Positions 32,463 through 35,228 of a stretch of DNA of 35,228 nt are shown here, in pieces; position 1 is the stretch's first letter, and each line of letters starts with the position of its first letter. Location: the IMG/VR virus record IMGVR_UViG_3300031787_000438, positions 1 through 35,228 of that record; one strand, given 5' to 3'. Below the pieces are notes generated by a model. That model saw only the letters and a list, made by a program, of their open reading frames with translations. It ran no database searches and had not been told where the DNA came from. The DNA comes from a virus. Taxonomy: Duplodnaviria; Caudoviricetes. The position numbers were made by a program, and so were the translations under genes.

Positions 32463-32870
32463 ATGCTTACCATGCAGGTGATTGGCAACCTCGGCAAAGA
32501 CCCCGAGTTCAAGACCCTCGACAGCGGGCGCCAGCTGTGCAGCTTCAGCCTTGCTTCGAACAAGAAGATCAAGGGCGAGAAGGTGACGACCTGGGTGAAC
32601 GTGACCGTGTTCGACGAGAACAAGATCAAGTTCCTCAAGGACTATGTGCGCAAGGGCAGCAAGCTCTTTGCCGAAGGCGAACCCGCGGCCCGTGCCTACT
32701 TGAAGGATGGCGAAGCCAAGCACAGCCTCGACCTGACGCTCGGCTTCAACTCCAAGCTCGAGATCCTTTCGAGCGAGCGCGCTGAGCGTGACGACGACGA
32801 TCGCCGTGGAGCTGCGCCCGTGGGCGGCAGCGCCACCGATCTGAACGACGCCATTCCTGGCTGGGATTAA
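32463..32870 (+). CDS. ssb: Single-stranded DNA-binding protein
   Basis: IGNLGKDPE, FSLA, T.W..V.VF and KGS...EG motifs; acidic tail (DDDD...DAIPGWD). Confidence 0.93.
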   Translation: MLTMQVIGNLGKDPEFKTLDSGRQLCSFSLASNKKIKGEKVTTWVNVTVFDENKIKFLKDYVRKGSKLFAEGEPAARAYLKDGEAKHSLDLTLGFNSKLEILSSERAERDDDDRRGAAPVGGSATDLNDAIPGWD

Positions 32871-32887
32871 CGACCCACATCCCAGTC

Positions 32888-32998
32888 TTGAATGACGGTG
32901 CGGGGCCTGAACCTCCCTTCATAATTCCCGCATCGTTCAACTTGGAAGGGGCCTGTCGGCTCCCCCCTCCTGTCTAACTGGCAGGTCCCTTTCATTTT
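32888..32998 (+). ncRNA. Two-hairpin RNA with C-rich anti-Shine-Dalgarno loops (cuckoo-like sRNA or terminator)
   Basis: Long stems with G-U pairs on the plus strand; loops contain CCUCCC and CUCCCCCCUCC; short U-tract after the second stem. Confidence 0.5.
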
Positions 32999-33010
32999 CG
33001 GAGAGAGCTC

Positions 33011-33133
33011 ATGCGTGAAGATTGGCACCAAGCGCCAGAGCCGGTGGAAGAACCGCCGTTCTGCGATCGCTGCTTTGGCTACCATCACTGGCAAGCCGCC
33101 TGCCCTGACGAGGAGGACAACGACGATGAATGA
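33011..33133 (+). CDS. 40-aa acidic CCHC zinc-knuckle microprotein (absent from ORF track)
   Basis: MREDWHQAPEPVEEPPFCDRCFGYHHWQAACPDEEDNDDE; C-x2-C-x4-H-x4-C; GGAGAG RBS; stop overlaps the ardC start. Confidence 0.65.
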   Translation: MREDWHQAPEPVEEPPFCDRCFGYHHWQAACPDEEDNDDE

Positions 33134-33968
33134 TCTGCACCAGACCATGACCGACCGGATCCTCGCCAGCGTTGACGAGGCTGGTCAGTGGAAGCCCTGT
33201 TGGCAGGGCATGACGGGTGGCCTGCCCACCAATGCCTCGACCGGCAAGCGCTACAATGGCGTCAACATCCTGTCGCTGTGGCTGTCAGGCTACGGCAGCA
33301 ATCGCTGGGCCAGCTACAACCAGTGGCAAGCGCTCGGCGCCCAGGTCCGCAAGGGTGAGCGCGGCACCCCGATCATCTTCTACAAGGTGATCGAAGGGCC
33401 AACGCCTGACGACAACAAGCTGTTCGCGCGCGGCAGCAAGGTGTTCAACGCCGAGCAAGTCGATGGCGCACCAGCTGTTGAAGCGCCGCCAATCACCACC
33501 CTGTCAGCAGACCAACGCCTTGAAGCGCTCGACCGCTGGCTGATGGATCGCAGCCATGTGCTGCGGGTCCAGACTTCCGACAGCGCGCACGCCTACTACC
33601 AGCCTGCGCTCGACACCGTTTACATGCCGGACTTCAGCCTGTTCCACACGCCCGAGCATTTCTACGGCACGCTGTTCCATGAGGCGACCCACTGGACCGG
33701 CCACAAGTCCCGGCTTGACCGGCTTGCCAACTACATTGGCGAAGGCCGGGCCAAAGAAGAACTGGTTGCCGAGCTTGGCGCTGCGTTCCTGTGCGCTGAG
33801 TTTGGGATCGAGCAGGTCACGCGCGACGATCATGTCAGCTACATTGCCAGCTGGCTCAAGCACCTGAAGAACGACAAGCGCTGCATCGTCACTGCTGCCA
33901 GCCAGGCAAGCAAGGCGGTCGAGCTTCTCAATGCCATCCAACCTGCACAGCAGCAGCTTGCAGCCTGA
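33126..33968 (+). CDS. ardC: ArdC-family antirestriction protein (ssDNA-binding plus zincin-like domain)
   Basis: P.N..TG..Y.G.N...LW, W.SY.QW...G.QVRKGE.G, VFNAEQ, HEATHWTGH..RL.R and EELVAELGA motifs; GAGGAGG RBS. Confidence 0.9.
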   Translation: MNDLHQTMTDRILASVDEAGQWKPCWQGMTGGLPTNASTGKRYNGVNILSLWLSGYGSNRWASYNQWQALGAQVRKGERGTPIIFYKVIEGPTPDDNKLFARGSKVFNAEQVDGAPAVEAPPITTLSADQRLEALDRWLMDRSHVLRVQTSDSAHAYYQPALDTVYMPDFSLFHTPEHFYGTLFHEATHWTGHKSRLDRLANYIGEGRAKEELVAELGAAFLCAEFGIEQVTRDDHVSYIASWLKHLKNDKRCIVTAASQASKAVELLNAIQPAQQQLAA

Positions 33969-33980
33969 TCGGAGAGAAAC

Positions 33981-35228
33981 ATGGAACACATTCCCCTCAA
34001 GAAGCTGGTCCTCTCAGCGCGCAACGTGCGCACCAATGTCGAGGACGCCACCGCCATTGCCGACCTCGTTGCTTCGATCGAGCAGCACGGCTTGCTCAAC
34101 CCGCTGGTCGTGGTCAATGGCAAGAAGCCTGAGGTTGTGGCCGGTGGCCGGCGCCTGCGTGCGCTTGAGCAGCTGGTCGACGAAGGCAAGCTGCCCGCTG
34201 ACTATGCCGTGCCGGTGCAGCTGGTCGACGCTGCCGCCGCTGAAGAAGTCAGCCTGGCTGAGAACTTCATCCGCAAGGACATGCGGCCCTATGAAATCTA
34301 CCGGGCTTTCCGCTTGGTGCAGGATGGCAACCCCGACCTGACTGCTGCCGATCTTGCCAAGCGCTTTGGCCTTGCCGAGAAGCGGGCCGCCAAGATCCTG
34401 CGGCTTGGCAACCTGCACCCTGATGTGTTCGAGCTCTACGTCACCGGCCAAATCAAGGACGATCTGGCTCAGGCGTTTGCTGCCACCAGCAACCACGACT
34501 TGCAGCAGCAGGCGCTGGTCGCATGGCGCAACAGCGATAGCTGGGAGAAGAACAACGCCCGCTTCATTCACAAGGCGCTGGGCATGGCCGACCATCAGGT
34601 CAGGAACAACCTGGCCTATGTCGGCAAGGCCGCCTACCTCGAGGCAGGCGGGCGCATTGAAGAGGATCTGTTCTCCGATGCGATCAACGTGCTGGACGTT
34701 GAGCTGCTGGCCAACATGGTGGCTGACAAGAACGCCGAGATCGTGCGCGCTGCTGCCCAGCGCTGCAACCGGGAAGTCGAGTTCCTCACCGAACCACCCA
34801 AGGATGCCAATGGCTACATTGGCTGGAACCTGCAGGTCCGCCCGACCTACGGCGAGCTTGATGCTGCCAGCGAGGAGCGCGTTGCCGAGATCGAGGCCAC
34901 GCTTGAGGATCCGCAAGAGGGCGACGACGAGCTGACTATTGAACAGGCGGAAGCCCTTGAAGATGAGCGCGACAGCATCCTGCTTAAGCGCCCCATTGTG
35001 CTGCCCGAAGATGGGCGCATCGGGATCCTGATGGACCGGGGACAGGTGCAGTTCTGGAAGATCCCGGAACCCGTCGAGGCCAGCGACACCCCCGACAGCG
35101 ACGAGCCGCCGGTCGAGGAGAGCGCCGCCCCCTCAAGGCGGGCGCTCGACACGATGGCGGTGATGCGGCGGGAGCGGCTGATCGAACGCACTAAGGCTGA
35201 CATAAATGCCCAGGCCAACGCGATCGAC
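33981..35228 (+). CDS. Long ParB/RepB/Spo0J-family protein (partial, runs off the window)
   Basis: Manual translation: MEHIPLKKLVLSARNVR...LVASIEQHGLLNPLVV...VVAGGRRLRAL...SLAENFIRKDM; HTH LAKRFGL; open to the window end. Confidence 0.88.
   Translation, partial: MEHIPLKKLVLSARNVRTNVEDATAIADLVASIEQHGLLNPLVVVNGKKPEVVAGGRRLRALEQLVDEGKLPADYAVPVQLVDAAAAEEVSLAENFIRKDMRPYEIYRAFRLVQDGNPDLTAADLAKRFGLAEKRAAKILRLGNLHPDVFELYVTGQIKDDLAQAFAATSNHDLQQQALVAWRNSDSWEKNNARFIHKALGMADHQVRNNLAYVGKAAYLEAGGRIEEDLFSDAINVLDVELLANMVADKNAEIVRAAAQRCNREVEFLTEPPKDANGYIGWNLQVRPTYGELDAASEERVAEIEATLEDPQEGDDELTIEQAEALEDERDSILLKRPIVLPEDGRIGILMDRGQVQFWKIPEPVEASDTPDSDEPPVEESAAPSRRALDTMAVMRRERLIERTKADINAQANAID

Overview
This window is a large part (about 35 kb) of a GC-rich tailed-phage genome, probably infecting an alphaproteobacterium (inferred from gene families and regulatory motifs). 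The minus strand (424-25486) carries a podovirus-type late region of the BPP-1/HTVC010P/T7-like layout. In transcription order it holds: small terminase, an inserted head-spike/fibre module, large terminase, portal, scaffold, a GNAT, major capsid, tail tubular A/B, three ejection proteins, tail fibres and a lysis cassette. The plus strand (26085-end) carries early genes: HTH regulators, a DUF1064 nuclease, a lambda-O-like initiator with internal iterons, YqaJ exonuclease, Sak/Rad52-like annealase, SSB, ArdC and a long ParB-like protein that runs off the window. No integrase, polymerase, tRNA, CRISPR array or reverse transcriptase was seen. Most notable: (1) a ~480-nt non-coding element, base-paired almost throughout, at the early/late divergence; (2) a six-copy promoter-like motif (A)CTAGTCCATTG(TGAC) at a consistent distance from plausible transcript starts; (3) a 1698-aa ejection protein with two ADP-ribosyltransferase-like modules, one split by a nested domain; (4) a GTA-type head-spike module between terS and terL; (5) several structured RNAs and unannotated microproteins. 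All family calls come from motif recognition by eye, with no database searches.
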